Source: an uncultured Gemmatimonadales bacterium (GTDB taxonomy: Bacteria > Gemmatimonadota > Gemmatimonadetes > Gemmatimonadales > Gemmatimonadaceae). From it: a DNA stretch of 64,000 nt. The DNA lies in assembly GCA_963851265.1 (NCBI GenBank), contig CAWKNZ010000012.1:32001-96000 (forward strand), in the 5' to 3' direction. This document shows, one piece after another, positions 43,943 through 53,880 of this stretch. How positions within the stretch are numbered: position 1 is the first letter of the stretch; every line of letters begins with the position of its first letter. Under the pieces are notes generated by a model. The model was not told the origin of the DNA, ran no database searches, and saw only the letters and a list, made by a program, of their open reading frames with translations. The position numbers were made by a program, and so were the translations under genes.

Positions 43943-44171
43943 GGGACGCTGGGTGACGGGTGCGTCGTCGCACCGCGATCTGCGACGAGATGGGGTGAAT
44001 GTAGCGTCATCGTTGCGCCCCCGTGTGGTGCCGAGCCCAGGTGCTGTGCGCTGCGACACCACGGCATGCGCGCCGCCGCTCTCGCTCGCCCCGCGCCGAT
44101 GACTTGCCCCGCCCCGGTACCTCGGACATCATCGGCAGGTCGTCCACGACTTTCCTCCGCCCCGCCCCGTC

Positions 44172-45683
44172 ATGCGCGGCTGTTCCCCCGCCCTCTCGCG
44201 CCGCACGTTCCTGCAAACGTCGGCGCTCGCCGCCGCCGGCGCGGTCCTTCCCGCGCGCGCGTGGGGCTCCGTGCTCGGCGCCAACGGCGACGTCCGCGTG
44301 GCCGTCATCGGGCTCAACGGCCGCGGCCAGAACCATCTCGCGACCCTCTCGCGCATCCCCGGTGTGCGCGTGGTGGCGCTCTGCGACGTCGACACCGCCG
44401 TCCTCGACCGCACGAACGCCGCGCTGGGCGGGCGCCCCCTGAAAACGTACGTCGACGTCCGCGAACTGCTCGCCGACCCCGACGTCGACGCGGTGACGAT
44501 CGCCACGCCCAACCACTGGCACTCGCTCGGCGCGATCTGGGCGATGCAGGCGGGGAAGGACGTGTACGTCGAGAAGCCCGTGTCGCACGACGTCTGGGAG
44601 GGGCGCCAGCTCGTCGCGGCCGCGGCGCGGTACCGGCGCGTCGTCCAGGCGGGGATGCAGATCCGCTCGGGCGAGGGGCTGCGCGAGGCGGTCGACTGGG
44701 TGCGCGCCGGCAACCTCGGCCGGATCACGGCGGCCCGCGGCTTCTGCTACAAGCGCCGCGACAGCATCGGGCGCTGCGGCGGCCCGCAGCCCGTGCCGGC
44801 GACCATCGACTACGACCTGTGGAGCGGGCCCGCGCCGCTCGTCCCGCCGCACCGCAACACGCGCAACGGGACGGTGCACTACGACTGGCACTGGGTCTAC
44901 CTGTACGGCAACGGCGACGTCGGCAACCAGGGCATCCACCAGATGGACGTGGCCCGCTGGTTCCTCGGTGAGCCCGGCCTGCCGCGCCACACGCTGAGCG
45001 TCGGCGGGCGCCTGGGCTACGTCGACGACGGCGAGACGCCCAACACCCAGGTGGTCGTGCACGACTACGCGACCGCGCCGCTGGTGTTCGAGGTGCGCGG
45101 CCTTCCGTCGCGCGCGGGCCTCGCGAAAGCCGTCACCGACCCGCGCCTCGTCCAGGGTGGCGGGGGCGGCGACATGGACGCGTACCGCGACGTCAGCATC
45201 GGCAACGTGATCGACTGCGAGGGCGGCAGCGTCATCGTCCCGACCTACACCACCGCGCGGGCGGTCGACCGCACCGGACGCGTGGTGAAGGAGTTCGCCG
45301 GCACCGACCGCCACATGCAGAACTTCATCGACGTGGTGCGCAGCCGGCGGACCGCCGACCTCTACGGCCCCGTCGGCGAGGGCCACGTGTCGAGCGCGCT
45401 CTGCCACCTCGGCAACATCTCGCACCGGCTCGGCCGCGCCACGCCCGACGGCGCACTGCGCGAGGCGGTGCGCGGCGACGCCGCGCTCGCCGAGGCGCAC
45501 GGGCGCATGGTCGAGCACCTCCGCGCCAACCGCGTCGACCTCGGCGCGACGCCGCTCACGTTAGGCGTCCCGCTCGCCGTCGAGTCGGGCGCCGAGCACT
45601 TCACGGGGGCGAACGCGGCGGCCGCGAACGCGATGCTCAGGCGCGAGTACCGGGCCCCGTTCGCGGTGCCGGCGTTGGCCTAA
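44172..45683 (+). CDS. Tat-exported Gfo/Idh/MocA oxidoreductase
   Basis: LSRRTFLQ twin-arginine signal; IATPNHWH, DVYVEKP, DYDLWSGPAP, HYDWHW, GNQGIHQMD. Confidence 0.92.
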   Translation: MRGCSPALSRRTFLQTSALAAAGAVLPARAWGSVLGANGDVRVAVIGLNGRGQNHLATLSRIPGVRVVALCDVDTAVLDRTNAALGGRPLKTYVDVRELLADPDVDAVTIATPNHWHSLGAIWAMQAGKDVYVEKPVSHDVWEGRQLVAAAARYRRVVQAGMQIRSGEGLREAVDWVRAGNLGRITAARGFCYKRRDSIGRCGGPQPVPATIDYDLWSGPAPLVPPHRNTRNGTVHYDWHWVYLYGNGDVGNQGIHQMDVARWFLGEPGLPRHTLSVGGRLGYVDDGETPNTQVVVHDYATAPLVFEVRGLPSRAGLAKAVTDPRLVQGGGGGDMDAYRDVSIGNVIDCEGGSVIVPTYTTARAVDRTGRVVKEFAGTDRHMQNFIDVVRSRRTADLYGPVGEGHVSSALCHLGNISHRLGRATPDGALREAVRGDAALAEAHGRMVEHLRANRVDLGATPLTLGVPLAVESGAEHFTGANAAAANAMLRREYRAPFAVPALA

Positions 45684-45696
45684 CGGTCTGTCCCGC

Positions 45697-46779
45697 TCAC
45701 CGCGCGAATTCCCGAAACTCCTCCTCCACCCGCGCCGCGGTCGTCGCGCCGCTGAACACCACGACGCGGTGCCGGAACGTGGTCGACGTCCCCGCCGCGA
45801 GCGTGAAGTCGTCGACGACCCTGCCCCCGGTGAAGTCCTTCGCGCCGAGCGGGTTGGCCGCGAAGAGCCCGTACCCGCGGGCGTGCCAGTACGTCGGGAA
45901 GTTGTAGTTCCGCGGGTGGTCGATGATCGCGATCGTCACCGGCTCGCCGCCGACCGTGCCGCCGAGGGTCGTCCACCGCGCCCGCGTGCCCCACACGGCG
46001 TCGCCCTCGCGGCCCTCCGCGCTCCGGTAGCGTCCCGTCACCCCCGCGTTGTCGAGCACGGGCACCGCGGTGGCCCGCCCGCCGGCGTCGGTGAACACCT
46101 CGGCGCGGTCGGACGGCTGCTCCAGCTCGCGCCGCACACGCAGCCCGAGCGTGCCGTCCTTGTTGTCGCGGAACGTGACCGGCGCGCCGAGCGCGGTGAG
46201 TGTGGTGACGCGGTCGACGCCGCGCAGGCGGTCGGCGGCGCGGAAGACGTAGCGGGTCGTCTCGTGCAGGAGCGGCGTGCCGTCGGGGCGCACCCAGTCG
46301 CTCCGCACCACGAGCACGCCCTCCCCCGCCCCGCTCCGCACCGTGTCGATGCCGCGGAACACGATCCGTCCCATCTGGCTCGCCTTCGACGCGGGAATCG
46401 CGTCCGAGTTGTTCCAGAAGTCGAGGCCGTTGACGTCGGCGTGGTTGAACCACAGGCCGATGTGGTGCGGGTGGTCGACGCGCTCCCCCGGCCGCGGGTC
46501 GAGCGGCCAGCCGCGCGTGATCACCGTGCCCGATGCGGCGCGGAGCGGGTAGAGCACCTGCTTGGGGAGCTCCGCCGGAAACAGGTACGACGTGAACGGG
46601 CGGCCGTCCACGAGCACGTCCACGCGGTGGTCGGACCGCCGGTCGACGAGTTCAACCCGCGGCGGCCCGTCGTGCGGGCGCGGGGGCGCCGACTGCGCCG
46701 CGGCGCCCCCGCCGGGCGTGGCTGACGAAACGGCGAGCGCGGCGAGCGCCGCGCCGAAGTGCACGGGAGGCCGGCGCAC
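45697..46779 (-). CDS. DUF6807 / 'PmoA'-family secreted beta-sandwich protein
   Basis: KQVLYPL, ITRGWPL, DHPHHIGLWF, DFWNN, DHPRN..TYWHARGYGLFAANP. Confidence 0.8.
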   Translation of the reverse strand: MRRPPVHFGAALAALAVSSATPGGGAAAQSAPPRPHDGPPRVELVDRRSDHRVDVLVDGRPFTSYLFPAELPKQVLYPLRAASGTVITRGWPLDPRPGERVDHPHHIGLWFNHADVNGLDFWNNSDAIPASKASQMGRIVFRGIDTVRSGAGEGVLVVRSDWVRPDGTPLLHETTRYVFRAADRLRGVDRVTTLTALGAPVTFRDNKDGTLGLRVRRELEQPSDRAEVFTDAGGRATAVPVLDNAGVTGRYRSAEGREGDAVWGTRARWTTLGGTVGGEPVTIAIIDHPRNYNFPTYWHARGYGLFAANPLGAKDFTGGRVVDDFTLAAGTSTTFRHRVVVFSGATTAARVEEEFREFAR

Positions 46780-46783
46780 CGCG

Positions 46784-47656
46784 CTACCGCCCGGCCACCC
46801 CGAACTCGCGGATCTTGATGCCCCGGAAGTACACCTCGTCGCCGTGGTCCTGCAGCACGATCGGCCCCTTGCGACGCTCGGCGAACCACGGGATCCCGCG
46901 GAACTTGCTCGCGGCCAGCGCCGAATCCATGCGCGGCGTGCCGAGGTCGTACTGGACCACCTTCTCGCCGTTGAGCCAGTGCTCGCCGTGATTTCCGCGG
47001 AACACGATTCGCGACTCGTTCCACTCGCCCACGGGCCGCACGCGCTTGCGGTCGTTCGACGCGATCAGGTCGTAGAGGTCGCCCGTCTTGTGCCGCACCA
47101 GCTTCCCGTCCGGATGCCGGTCGTCGTCGATCATCTGATACTCGAAGCCCTTCGCCGCGTGCGCGGGCGGAATCGTCGTCGACAGCGCTTCCGACACGTT
47201 GTACTTCACGCCGCTGTTCGCGCCCGGCGTGACCTTCCACTGCCACGCCAGCTCGAAGTCCGCGAACGTCGCCTCCGTCATCAGGTCGCCGCCTTCGAGC
47301 GGCTGACCGTCGGCCTGCGTGGGGACGCGGCCGCTCGCGACCTTCCGGATCGCGCCGTCGGCGACGGTCCAGTGACCGGGCGGCACGCGGTCGTAGCCGA
47401 GTCCGCGCCAGCCCCGCAGCGTGTTGCCGTCGAACAGCAGCCGCCAGCCTGCCGCGCGCTCGGCCGCGGTCAGCTGGTTGGGGTCGACCGCCGCGGCCGG
47501 CGCCCCCACCACGGGCGCGCTCGCCGCGACCGCGCGGGTCTGGCTCGGGGCCGTGAGCGGCCCGCCGCCGGCGATCGCGCGCGGCCCGGTGCCGGCGAGG
47601 AGCAGTGCACCCGCAGTGGCGGCGGCGCTCGCGCACCGCGTCGTACGATCGGTCAT
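46784..47656 (-). CDS. DUF1080 (3-keto-disaccharide hydrolase family) protein
   Basis: GWRLLFDGNTLRGW, GANSGVKY, EYQMIDD, GDLYDLI, GEWNESRI, EHWLNG, LQDHG.EVYFR.IKIR. Confidence 0.9.
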   Translation of the reverse strand: MTDRTTRCASAAATAGALLLAGTGPRAIAGGGPLTAPSQTRAVAASAPVVGAPAAAVDPNQLTAAERAAGWRLLFDGNTLRGWRGLGYDRVPPGHWTVADGAIRKVASGRVPTQADGQPLEGGDLMTEATFADFELAWQWKVTPGANSGVKYNVSEALSTTIPPAHAAKGFEYQMIDDDRHPDGKLVRHKTGDLYDLIASNDRKRVRPVGEWNESRIVFRGNHGEHWLNGEKVVQYDLGTPRMDSALAASKFRGIPWFAERRKGPIVLQDHGDEVYFRGIKIREFGVAGR

Positions 47657-47760
47657 GGTCCGGTTCGGTCGCGACGAGGTCGCCCCGTCGTGGTGGAATG
47701 CGCCGCGCGGGCGGCGCGCGCGAGACGTGGTGTGCTGCGTCGGTGCGCTACGTCGGTTCG

Positions 47761-48210
47761 CTACTTCATCGGCGAGAAGTCCGTCGGGTCGAGGAACACC
47801 GACTCGACCTTCTCGACGATCTTCCCGCCCGCCTCCGACTCGGTGCGGACCTTCTGCCATTCGGGGTCGGCGTTGAACGCGGCCCAACTCGCGCGCCCCG
47901 CCTCCCGGCTCGGGTAGGCGAGCAGGTAGACGAGGGTGTTGCCGGCGCGCGTCGAGTCTTCGGGCGTCCAGTAGCCGACGTTGGTCATCCCGTGCCGCGC
48001 GAAGAGCGCCATCGTGTGCTCGCGGAAGCGCCGCTGCAGCGCGGGCAGCTTGCCCGCCGGCGTGGTGTAGGTGCGCATCTCGAACACGCGCGACGCCTGC
48101 TCCCCGCGCGTCCCGGCGTCGGGCGTGAGGCGGCTCCGGCCGACGACCGTGCCGGCGGTGAACGTGGCGAGCAGCAGCACGGGCAGCGCGGTCAGGCGCA
48201 TGGCAATCAT
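47761..48210 (-). CDS. NIPSNAP family protein with signal peptide
   Basis: VFEMRTYT..GKLPALQRRFREHT, GMTNVGYW, WAAFNADPEW, FLDPTDFSP. Confidence 0.9.
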   Translation of the reverse strand: MIAMRLTALPVLLLATFTAGTVVGRSRLTPDAGTRGEQASRVFEMRTYTTPAGKLPALQRRFREHTMALFARHGMTNVGYWTPEDSTRAGNTLVYLLAYPSREAGRASWAAFNADPEWQKVRTESEAGGKIVEKVESVFLDPTDFSPMK

Positions 48211-48339
48211 CCGGGGGCGGGAGGGCGTGGGACCGCGCGGCGCGCGACGGCGGGCGCGGGGCACCGCAAGGTACTCGCACGCGCGAATCCGGTGACCCGC
48301 GTAGAATCCATCGGCCGCCCCGTCCCCGTCCGCGCCCCC

Positions 48340-49953
48340 ATGCTCCACACCCGCCGCGAAGCGCTCGCGCAGCTCGCCGCCCTCGTCACGTTCCCGGTCG
48401 CGATGCCGGGCGTGCGGCCGGTCGGTGTGTGGCGCGCGCCCGGCCGCGACCCGCTCGACGGCACGATCGCCGACTACCAGGCCGGCCGCCGCGCCGGCGC
48501 GTGGACCGCGGCGGAGGTCACCGCGCGCGCGCTCGACCGCTGCCGCGCGGCGGGGGCGGCCTGGCACGCCATCGACGCCCTCGCGAGCACCGCGCCCGCG
48601 GAGGCCCGCGCGGCCGACGCACGTCTGCGCGCCGGCCGCGTGCGCGGGCCGCTCGACGGCGTGCCGGTGTTCGCCAAGGCCATCTACGACGTGGTCGGCC
48701 TGCCCACCACCGGGTCCAACGCCGAGTGGGCGCGCCTCTTCCCCGACCCCGTCGGGCGCGACGCGATCGAGGTCGCCCGGCTGCGCGCGGCCGGCGCCGT
48801 CGTCCTCGGCAAGACCGCGGCGGACGACTTCGCCTACCACGGCAACGGCACGAGCAGCCTCACGGGCCAGGTGCGCAACCCGCACGACCCCACCGGCGCC
48901 CGCACGCCCGGCGGGTCGAGCGCCGGCTCGGCCGTCGCGGTCGCCGCCGGACTGGCCTTCGCGGCGTTAGGCACCGACGACGGCGGATCCAACCGCATCC
49001 CCGCGCAGTTCACGGGCGTCGTGGGGATGAAGCCGACGTTCGGCCTCGTGCCGCGCACGGGCGTGATCCCCACCTGGCCCTACCTCGACACGCACGGCCC
49101 GCTCGCGCGCACCGTGGCCGACGCCGCGCTCCTCCTCGCCGCGGTCGCCGGCGCCGACGCGTCGGACCCGCTCTCGGCGGGCGCGCTCGCCGACGGCGCG
49201 ACCGCCGGGTTCCGCGACGACGCGCTCGCCGGCGTGCGGCTCGGGATCGTCGAGGCGCACGTGCCGCGCGCGCAGATGACCGCCGGGGCGCTCGAGGCGT
49301 GGGACCGCGCGTTAGGCGACCTGCGCGCCGCCGGGGCGGCGGTCGCGCCCTTCGCCCCCGCGGTCACGCGCGTGGACTACCGCGACGCGTTTGCCGCCGC
49401 GGCGCGCGCCCGCGGCGACGTCGCCGTCGACGCGAACGCGCCCGCGCCCACGGCCAACGCCCTGCTGCGCTACTTCGCCGGACGCACGGCCGACCCGGAC
49501 CTCGCCGACCCGCGCGCGGCCGTGCGCCGCGGATACCCCGCGTACCGCGCCTTCTACGACGTGCTTCCCGCCACGTTCGAGGCCTGCGAGCCGCTGCTCG
49601 ACCGCCCGATGGCCGGGGACCCCGCGGGGCACGCCTTCGCCCGCTCGCGCGCCGAGGTGGTCGCGGCGCTCGCGGCGTCGATGCGCGCGGCCGGCGTCGC
49701 GGCGATGGTCTACCCGACGATGCCCTTCAACGCGCCCCGCGCCGTCGACCACTGGCCGGACGTCCGCACCGCGCTCGGCTACGGCAACTGGCTCGGCCTG
49801 CCCGAGGTGTCGGTGCCGGCCGGACTCGGGGCCGACGGCATGCCCGCGCTCAACGTCTCGGTCGTCGGGCTCCCGGGCGACGACGCCCGCGTGCTCGCGC
49901 TGGCCCACGCGTACGAGCGGCAGTCCCGGCGGTTCGTCGCGCCGCCGCGGTGA
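48340..49953 (+). CDS. Amidase-signature family protein (Tat-like N-terminus)
   Basis: MLHTRREAL; GPLDGVPVFAK, PGGSSAGS, GTDDGGSNRIPA, GMKPTFG. Confidence 0.9.
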   Translation: MLHTRREALAQLAALVTFPVAMPGVRPVGVWRAPGRDPLDGTIADYQAGRRAGAWTAAEVTARALDRCRAAGAAWHAIDALASTAPAEARAADARLRAGRVRGPLDGVPVFAKAIYDVVGLPTTGSNAEWARLFPDPVGRDAIEVARLRAAGAVVLGKTAADDFAYHGNGTSSLTGQVRNPHDPTGARTPGGSSAGSAVAVAAGLAFAALGTDDGGSNRIPAQFTGVVGMKPTFGLVPRTGVIPTWPYLDTHGPLARTVADAALLLAAVAGADASDPLSAGALADGATAGFRDDALAGVRLGIVEAHVPRAQMTAGALEAWDRALGDLRAAGAAVAPFAPAVTRVDYRDAFAAAARARGDVAVDANAPAPTANALLRYFAGRTADPDLADPRAAVRRGYPAYRAFYDVLPATFEACEPLLDRPMAGDPAGHAFARSRAEVVAALAASMRAAGVAAMVYPTMPFNAPRAVDHWPDVRTALGYGNWLGLPEVSVPAGLGADGMPALNVSVVGLPGDDARVLALAHAYERQSRRFVAPPR

Positions 49954-49999
49954 CCGGCCGACGCGATCCCGTCCACCCCCACTCCACAGGAGGCCAGGA

Positions 50000-50464
50000 A
50001 TGCCCGATGGAAGCCCCGGCGGCGCGGCCGACGACCCGTACGACCTCGACCGCTTCGTGCGCGCCCAGGAGGGCGACTACGACCGTGCGCTCGCCGAGAT
50101 CACGGCCGGCCGCAAGCGCTCGCACTGGATGTGGTACGTGTTCCCGCAGTTCCGCGGCCTCGGGCGGAGCGGAACGGCCGAGCGCTACGCCATCCGCAGC
50201 GTGGCGGAGGCGGAGGCGTACCTACGTCACCCCGTGCTCGGCCCGCGGCTGGTCGCGTGCGCCGAGGCCGCACTCGGCGTCGCGGGTCGGTCCGCGTACG
50301 ACGTGTTCGGGTCGCCCGACGACCTGAAGCTGCGCTCGTCGATGACGCTGTTCGCGCACGTGTCGCCGGCGGGCTCTGTGTTCGAGCGGGTGCTCGACCG
50401 TTACTACGCGGGGCAGCCCGACGCGGCGACACTCGGCCTCGTCGGCGCGCGGGTCGCGTCGTGA
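50000..50464 (+). CDS. DUF1810 family protein
   Basis: DLDRFVRAQ..ALAEITAGRKRSHWMWYVFPQ..YLRHPVLGPRL..DDLKLRSSMTLF. Confidence 0.92.
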   Translation: MPDGSPGGAADDPYDLDRFVRAQEGDYDRALAEITAGRKRSHWMWYVFPQFRGLGRSGTAERYAIRSVAEAEAYLRHPVLGPRLVACAEAALGVAGRSAYDVFGSPDDLKLRSSMTLFAHVSPAGSVFERVLDRYYAGQPDAATLGLVGARVAS

Positions 50465-50476
50465 CCGGCCCGCGGG

Positions 50477-51964
50477 TCACCGCGGACGTGCACCGCCGCG
50501 TGAACGCGCCTGGCGCATGAGCGCCTCGATCTCGCCGACCTCGCGCGGGGCGGTGCTGAGCCGCTCCAGCCCCGCCTGTGTGATCGCGTAATCGTCCTCG
50601 ATGCGGACGCCCGTGCCCGAGTAGCGGTCGACGACCGGACGCACGCGGGCGATCCACGCCCGGTTCCGGGGCGTGTCGGGGAGCGCGTCGAGAAACGCGC
50701 GGCTCACGTACAGACCGGGTTCGATGGTGAACGCGTCGCCGACGCGGAACGTGCGGTCGCCGGTGTAGTACTGGGCGGGGTCGTGGACCGCGAGGCCCAG
50801 CCCGTGGCTGATGCCGTGGATCATCCAGAGCTGCGACTGCCGGCACTGCTGCGGCGTGCGCGCGCAGTCGGCGGCCCACGGCGGGTCCATGGTCGCGTTG
50901 ACGCTGTCGATGAGCCCGAGTCGCGCGAGACCGGCCGCGCGCACGGCGACCGAGGAGTCCTGCGCCGCCACGGCCGACCGCCCGGGGCGCGAGTTGCGCT
51001 CCGCGGCGGCCTGCGCGTCGCGCACGAGCTGGTAGATGGTGCGCTGTGCGGCGGTGAAGGCGCCGCTCACCGGGATGGTGCGCGTGACGTCGGCGGCGTA
51101 CCCCTCGTACTCGGTCGCCGCGTCCATCACGACCAGCTCCCCGGGGCGGAGCGGGCCGCGGTCGCGCATGTAGTGCAGCTGCGTGCCGCGCTCGCCGCTA
51201 CCGACGATCGACCCGTACGCGGGGCGCGCGCCGCCGAGCCGCAGGAAGGTGGACTCGAGCGCGGCCTGCAGATCGTACTCGTACTTCGCGTCCGTCAGGC
51301 GCAGCACGGCGCGGTGCCCCGCGCTCGACACCTCGGCGGCGCGGCGCAGCAACGCCAGCTCGGCCGGACTCTTGTGCGCCCGCAGCGCGTCGACCACGGG
51401 GTGCGCGTCGCGCACGACGAGCCCCGGGTGTCGGGCGACGAGCCCTGCGACGAACGCGCGCCCGCGCGTGAGCGAGTCCTGCTGGGCGAAGTCGGCGTCG
51501 CCGTAATCGGCCAGCTGGTAGACGGGACCGCCGGCCGCGACGAGCGAGTCGACCACGGCGGCGAGAGCGGCGAAGGGGCGCGACGTGAGGCCGAGGGTGC
51601 GGGCGACCGCCGCCGAGTCGGGGCGGCGGCCGTAGTACATCGCGCGGCGCGGCTCGATGGGCGTGACGAACAGAGTGGCCGCCGGGCGCCCGCCGCGCAC
51701 GACGACCACGAGCGCGGCGTCGGGCTCCGGATAATCGGTGAGATAGCGGAACGCGGGGAGCTGGTAGAACGGGCCGAAGTCGGTGACCGGCGTGCGGCCG
51801 CCGAACGCGATCACGACGCCGCTGTCGAGGTGCGCGGCGACCGAGTCGCGGCGGGCGGCGAACTCGCTCGCGGGGATCTGGGCGCGCAGGGCGGTCGCAC
51901 GCGCGGCAAGCGCGAGCAGGGCGAGGGCGACGCGCCACCCGCGGCGGCGTACGTGGGTCTTCAT
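50477..51964 (-). CDS. Xaa-Pro aminopeptidase (M24B), secreted
   Basis: FYQLPAFRYLT, LHY, VMDAA..YAADVTRT, HGISHGLGLAVHD, TIEPGLY, GVRIEDD. Confidence 0.92.
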   Translation of the reverse strand: MKTHVRRRGWRVALALLALAARATALRAQIPASEFAARRDSVAAHLDSGVVIAFGGRTPVTDFGPFYQLPAFRYLTDYPEPDAALVVVVRGGRPAATLFVTPIEPRRAMYYGRRPDSAAVARTLGLTSRPFAALAAVVDSLVAAGGPVYQLADYGDADFAQQDSLTRGRAFVAGLVARHPGLVVRDAHPVVDALRAHKSPAELALLRRAAEVSSAGHRAVLRLTDAKYEYDLQAALESTFLRLGGARPAYGSIVGSGERGTQLHYMRDRGPLRPGELVVMDAATEYEGYAADVTRTIPVSGAFTAAQRTIYQLVRDAQAAAERNSRPGRSAVAAQDSSVAVRAAGLARLGLIDSVNATMDPPWAADCARTPQQCRQSQLWMIHGISHGLGLAVHDPAQYYTGDRTFRVGDAFTIEPGLYVSRAFLDALPDTPRNRAWIARVRPVVDRYSGTGVRIEDDYAITQAGLERLSTAPREVGEIEALMRQARSRGGARPR

Positions 51965-51975
51965 CGGCACGCGGC

Positions 51976-52395
51976 TCAAGGTAGCCGCATGGCGGCCACC
52001 TCCGCGTCCGTCGGCGGCCGGACCTTGAGCACCGTCTCCTTGCGGATCTCCACCGTCCCCGGCTTCGCGCCGCGCGGTTTGGTGACGTGTCGTCCCTCGG
52101 TCATCGACACCGCCACGGCGCCGCCCGCGCGCGCCTTGCTGTGGTACGCCGCGAGTCCGGCCGCGCGCTCGAGCGTGGCGCGGTCCGGCTCGCGGTCCCC
52201 CGGCACGCGCAGCACGACGTGCCCGCCCGGCATGCCGCGGACGTGGAACCAGCGGTCGCGCGGGCGCGCGAGCTTGACGCTGACGAAATCGTTCGCCGCG
52301 TCGGTCTTGCCGGCGAACGCCTGCCAGCCTTCGGGGAGCGCGTACTCCAGCACGCCGGGCGGGACGCGGAGTGCGGGTCGCTCGGATTCGCTCAT
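51976..52395 (-). CDS. Stand-alone NFACT RNA-binding domain protein (DUF814)
   Basis: AGKTDAAND, DRWFHVRGMPGGHVVL, AAGLAAYHSKAR, VTKPRGAKPGTV. Confidence 0.88.
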   Translation of the reverse strand: MSESERPALRVPPGVLEYALPEGWQAFAGKTDAANDFVSVKLARPRDRWFHVRGMPGGHVVLRVPGDREPDRATLERAAGLAAYHSKARAGGAVAVSMTEGRHVTKPRGAKPGTVEIRKETVLKVRPPTDAEVAAMRLP

Positions 52396-52419
52396 GCGCG
52401 TGTTAGGCTGTCTGCCGGG

Positions 52420-53868
52420 TCACCCGGACGTCGGCACCGCGCGGAGCACCGGCACCGCCGGGTCGCCGGCGCCCACGCCGGCGCCCACGCCGGCGCCCAC
52501 GCCGGGGCCGCCGCCGGGCCGCGCGGCGCCGAACGGCCAGCCGCCGGTGCGCCACGCCCAGGCGAGGAACGCCACGCACCCCAATCCCAGCACGCCGACG
52601 CCGAACCCGATCACCCGAGGCTGCGTGGTGGCGAACACGAACCCCCACCCCAGGAGCGCGACCAGCGCGGGGACCGGGTACAGCCACATGCGGTAGGGCC
52701 GCGGCATCGCGGGCGCGCGCCGGCGCAGCAGCATCAGTCCGCACGCCTGTCCGACGAACTGCACGAGGATGCGCGTGACGATGAGCGCGTCGATCACCGT
52801 GCCGAGCGGAAAGCACGCCGCGATGATCGAGATGGCGCCGAGGACGAGCAGGGAGACGTGCGGAAATCCGTGCGCCGCGTGACGCCGCGCGAAGACGCGG
52901 AAGAAGTACCCGTCGTCCGCCGCGGCCGCCGGCACCCGCGAGTACCCGAGGAGCAGCGCGAACACCGACCCGAAGGTGGTCCAGAGCACGAGCATCGTGA
53001 ACGCCGTCGCCACGCGTGCGCCGTAGATCTTCTGCATGAACGCCGAGACCACGAACGCCGACATCGCGTGCGACTCGGCGGGCACGAACTCCCGCCACGG
53101 CACGACCCCGACGATCGAGAGGTTGATGCCCAGGTAGATCACCGCGACGGCCGCGGTGCTGATGAGGATCGACCGCGGGATCACGCGACCCGGATCGCGC
53201 ACCTCGTCGCCGATGTAGCAGACGTCGGAGTAGCCGAGGTAGTCGTAGATCCCCACGCGCGACGCGGCGCCCAGCCCCAGGAAGAAGCCGAGCGAGAACG
53301 TGAACGCTTTGGGCGGCAGGTCGAACGCGACGCGCGGGTCGAAGTGCCTGGCGCCCGTCGCGATCACCGCGAGGACGGTGACCAGCGTGCCGGCCCAGAG
53401 GAGCACCGTCACCCGCGCGATCGAGTGGATGCGCCGGTAGAGCAGCGCCACGTTGAGCAGCCCCACCGCCGTGACGAGCGCAACGGTCCCGGCGCGCGTG
53501 AGCCCCGTCCACACGTAGCCCGCGTAGTCGGCGAATCCGATGTACCCGGAGGCGATCTCGAGCGGCCCGCTGAGCACGAACTGCCACACGAAGAGGAACG
53601 CCATCAGGCGCCCCACGCGCTCGCGCCCGAAGGCCTCGCGCAGGTACTGGAACGACCCGCCCGAGCCGGGCATGGCGGCGCCCAACTCGCTCCACACCAT
53701 CCCGTCGCAGACCACCACGACCAGCGCGACGAGCCAGCCGAGCATGGCCTGAGGCCCGCCGAGGGCCGACATGAGCAGCGGGATCGTGATGAACGGTCCG
53801 ACGCCGATCATGTTGGTCATGTTCAGCGCCGTGGCCGCGAGGAGGCCGAACCGGTTTCCGCGGTCCAA
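52420..53868 (-). CDS. APC family amino acid permease
   Basis: NMTNMIGVGPFITIP, SELGAAMPGSGG, YDYLGY, IGDEVRDPGRVIPRSI; ~12 TM segments. Confidence 0.92.
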   Translation of the reverse strand: MDRGNRFGLLAATALNMTNMIGVGPFITIPLLMSALGGPQAMLGWLVALVVVVCDGMVWSELGAAMPGSGGSFQYLREAFGRERVGRLMAFLFVWQFVLSGPLEIASGYIGFADYAGYVWTGLTRAGTVALVTAVGLLNVALLYRRIHSIARVTVLLWAGTLVTVLAVIATGARHFDPRVAFDLPPKAFTFSLGFFLGLGAASRVGIYDYLGYSDVCYIGDEVRDPGRVIPRSILISTAAVAVIYLGINLSIVGVVPWREFVPAESHAMSAFVVSAFMQKIYGARVATAFTMLVLWTTFGSVFALLLGYSRVPAAAADDGYFFRVFARRHAAHGFPHVSLLVLGAISIIAACFPLGTVIDALIVTRILVQFVGQACGLMLLRRRAPAMPRPYRMWLYPVPALVALLGWGFVFATTQPRVIGFGVGVLGLGCVAFLAWAWRTGGWPFGAARPGGGPGVGAGVGAGVGAGDPAVPVLRAVPTSG

Positions 53869-53880
53869 CGTGCGGCGCGC

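Noticed and set aside
45697..46779. Methane monooxygenase, from the 'PmoA' family label
   Set aside because: This is a soluble secreted protein of the sugar-associated DUF6807 type, not the membrane pMMO subunit; no pmoB/pmoC.
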